A DNA stretch of 40,630 nt from Octopus bimaculoides (lineage: Eukaryota): NCBI RefSeq assembly GCF_001194135.2, contig NC_068998.1, positions 54,400,266 through 54,440,895 on the forward strand, in the 5' to 3' direction. Below are positions 38,504 to 40,630 of this stretch, piece after piece. Every line of letters begins with the position of its first letter. The stretch's first letter is position 1. A model generated the notes under the pieces. That model did not search any database and was not told the origin of the DNA. It saw only the letters and a program-made list of their open reading frames with translations. The position numbers and the translations under genes are program-made.

Positions 38504-38549
38504 CATCATCCACAAGGAAGCTGGACACTTCATGCCAAGTTTGCACTAA
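38504..38549 (+). CDS. Candidate terminal coding exon ([D]IIHKEAGHFMPSLH*), followed by a putative 3'UTR
   Basis: About 100 nt of pyrimidine-rich sequence, branch-like ccCTAAC (38483-38489), acceptor ttctttgtcccag|, TAA at 38547-38549. AATAAA downstream at 38877, 39496 and 39513. The alternative frame stays open to TGA near 38631. Confidence 0.55.
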
Positions 38550-38754
38550 TTCTATGAAGGAAACATTAAAAGTATTCTCTATTGGAGAAGGACCAACACC
38601 AAGCAGCAGAAAGAGATACCACGATAGGTGAACTGCGATACAGAGAAGGATTACTGCACGCACACACTCACACATATATATACACACATACATACATAAA
38701 TATATGGATATGGTTTATGTCAGCATAATCTAACAGTTTTGTTAAAAAAAGACT

Positions 38755-39160
38755 GATAGAGTCAGTATCAGACGTTAAAAAGATATGAGTACTGAAGTCA
38801 ATCTCTCCGATGATACAACTCAAACCAGTGCCCCAGCATGGCCACAGTCCAATGAGGGAAAGATAAAGAAAACATCAATAAAACATTATCTCTTACCCCA
38901 TCCCTAAAACTGGAAGAAGCCTGTCGTATATATATATGTGTGTCTTTATGTCCGTGTTTGTTCCCAACCACCACTTGATAACTGGTGCTGGTGTGTTTTC
39001 ATCCCTGCCACTTAGCAGTTCAGGAAAAGAAACTGATAGAATTAGTACCAAGCTTGGAATAAAAAAGAAGTACAGGGGTCAATTCGTTTGACTAAAATTC
39101 TTCAAGGTGCTGCTCCAGCATAGCCACAGTCTAATGACTGAAACAAGTAAAACACAAAAG
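38755..39160 (+). mobile_element. Two tandem family A SINE 3' fragments (about 38755-38870 and 38913-39160)
   Basis: Both end in the family tail: gtgccccagcatggccacagtccaatga and gctccagcatagccacagtctaatgactgaaacaag. Confidence 0.85.
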
Positions 39161-39691
39161 ACATCAAATTAAGTCTAACCAAATATCAGAGTCTATCTTT
39201 TTCCTTATATATATAAATGTTTTTAGTCCCCAGTTAAACAGACTCTGCCAAATGGGCAGAAATCAATTGATTTTTTTTTTCTTCTTTTCTTTACACCATA
39301 TACATGTTTACAGCATCTGAATAAATAGTCTTTCTACCATGTAGCACAGTCTATCAGTTTTCTTATTTATGCTGTTTACAGTGTTTGAGAAGACAGGCTC
39401 AGCCAGATGGCAAAGAAGCCCATTGTTTTCTTGTACATGTTCACTGTTTTTGATTAGTCTTTTAACATCAAGCAGATTCTATCTTTTTTCTTACGAATAA
39501 ATAAATCAAACCAATAAAAGCAACAACAACAACAATAATAAAACAAGCCAATATAAATATATATATACATATGTATATATAAATACCATATTTGTAAGAT
39601 TTCCAATAAGTTCCTTTAGAAAACTTTTTTTTACACTAGTGTAGTATTTACAGTATTATGGTTGAGAAGAAAACAGTGTTTTATCAACATA

Positions 39692-40070
39692 GCACAGGCA
39701 TGGCTGTGTGGTTAAGAACTTCACAATGCAACCATGGAGTTTCGGGTTCAGTCCTACCACATGGCACTTTGGGCTAGTGTCTTCTATTATAGAACCACAA
39801 CAATGAATGCCTTATGAGTAGATTTGGTAGATGGAAACTGAAAGAAGCCCATCATAGACATATGTATCTATATAGACAGACAGCTATGTGCATGAATATG
39901 TGTGTGTGTGTTTGCATATCTCTTTATCTTGACAGACTATGATAGTTGTAAATGAGTGTCACTGTCATACAAGCAGTGTCATCCATTTCCAAACATGTCT
40001 GGCCATTGGGAAGTGTTACTTTGTTGTTTGCAAGACTGCTGAGGGTTGGCAACAGGAAGGGCACATCTGC
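39692..40070 (+). mobile_element. tRNA-derived SINE, family B, 3'-truncated
   Basis: ggcatggctgtgtggtt A box, gggttcagtcc B box, ...gagggttggcaacaggaagggca. Confidence 0.85.
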
Positions 40071-40473
40071 TTAATTATTATTATTATTATTTATCTATTC
40101 TCTTGTACATGCCTGGGAGAGGAGGGGTCAATGAGGAATCAGGGATTCCATGAAGGGGTCGATGGTCTAAAATGTTTGGGGACCCTTGGGTGAGACAGAC
40201 TCTGCCAGATAGTAACAAAAAAAAAACCCTATTGTTTACTTGAATTCAATTAGATATTCTTTAACCGTTTTATAAAAAATCTTTTTTTTTTACATGTATT
40301 TACAATACTGGGTCCCCCCCCCAAAAAAAAATTACTTTGCCAGATGGCAAAAGCCTTTTATTAATTTTTTTTTCTTTTACAGCTGTTTAAAACAGTTGAT
40401 AATATATATCGACATATATACATATACATATATATATATATATCATAAATATAAGGGATTAGCAATTGAGTTG

Positions 40474-40630
40474 CTTCTCCAACATACTGAAAATTTAGAA
40501 ATAGCAGTCAAAGAACTACTGATTCTAAACTACAAATTTTTCTCTAAATTTGTAGTTTAGAGAAAAATTTGTAGTTTAGAATCAGTAGTTCTTTGACTAC
40601 TATTTCTAAATTTTCAGTATGTTGGAGAAG
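40474..40630. repeat. Near-perfect long inverted repeat (75-bp arms, 7-nt loop)
   Basis: 40474-40548 is the reverse complement of 40556-40630 with one mismatch (40505 C / 40599 A); loop tttgtag. Confidence 0.97.

Noticed and set aside
40384-40560. Strong acceptor (ttttcttttacag) followed by an open frame into the palindrome
   Set aside because: The frame crosses a (TA)n tract and needs the less favoured upstream frame and a weak donor at 38628; likely chance.
1-40630. Supplied ORFs rich in HT/CV/IY/poly-D/poly-H/poly-I or X
   Set aside because: They are translations of (CA)n, (TA)n, (GAT)n and (TAA)n tracts or run through N-gaps; none shows protein-like complexity.

Overview
Eukaryotic, AT-rich, microsatellite-dense draft scaffold with 12 N-gaps (about 4.5 kb in total). 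The repeats (several tRNA-derived SINE families, TTAA-ended piggyBac-like MITEs, a hAT MITE, decayed R4/Dong-clade LINE pieces) match what I recall of Octopus genomes; the organism call is inference. No prokaryotic genes, rRNA, intact tRNA or CRISPR array are visible, and none of the supplied ORFs is credible as a standalone gene: they are SSR translations, gap-spanning artefacts or TE remnants. The best-supported genic signal is the 3' end of an unidentified + strand gene, seen as three tiny exons over 20 kb (18401-18432, 33617-33652, 38504-38549). They splice in frame to LLFRTPICKKRHSEHEENIADEDIIHKEAGHFMPSLH*, and a second frame is also open through all three. Other notable structures: a 75-bp-arm near-perfect palindrome at the right edge, an inverted SINE pair around the last candidate exon, SINEs that sit inside (TAA)n tracts, a 403-bp cassette bounded by hairpin-forming direct repeats, a 37-bp minisatellite, and one false duplication from assembly. 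TE family names and many TE boundaries come from memory and reading by eye, so they are approximate.
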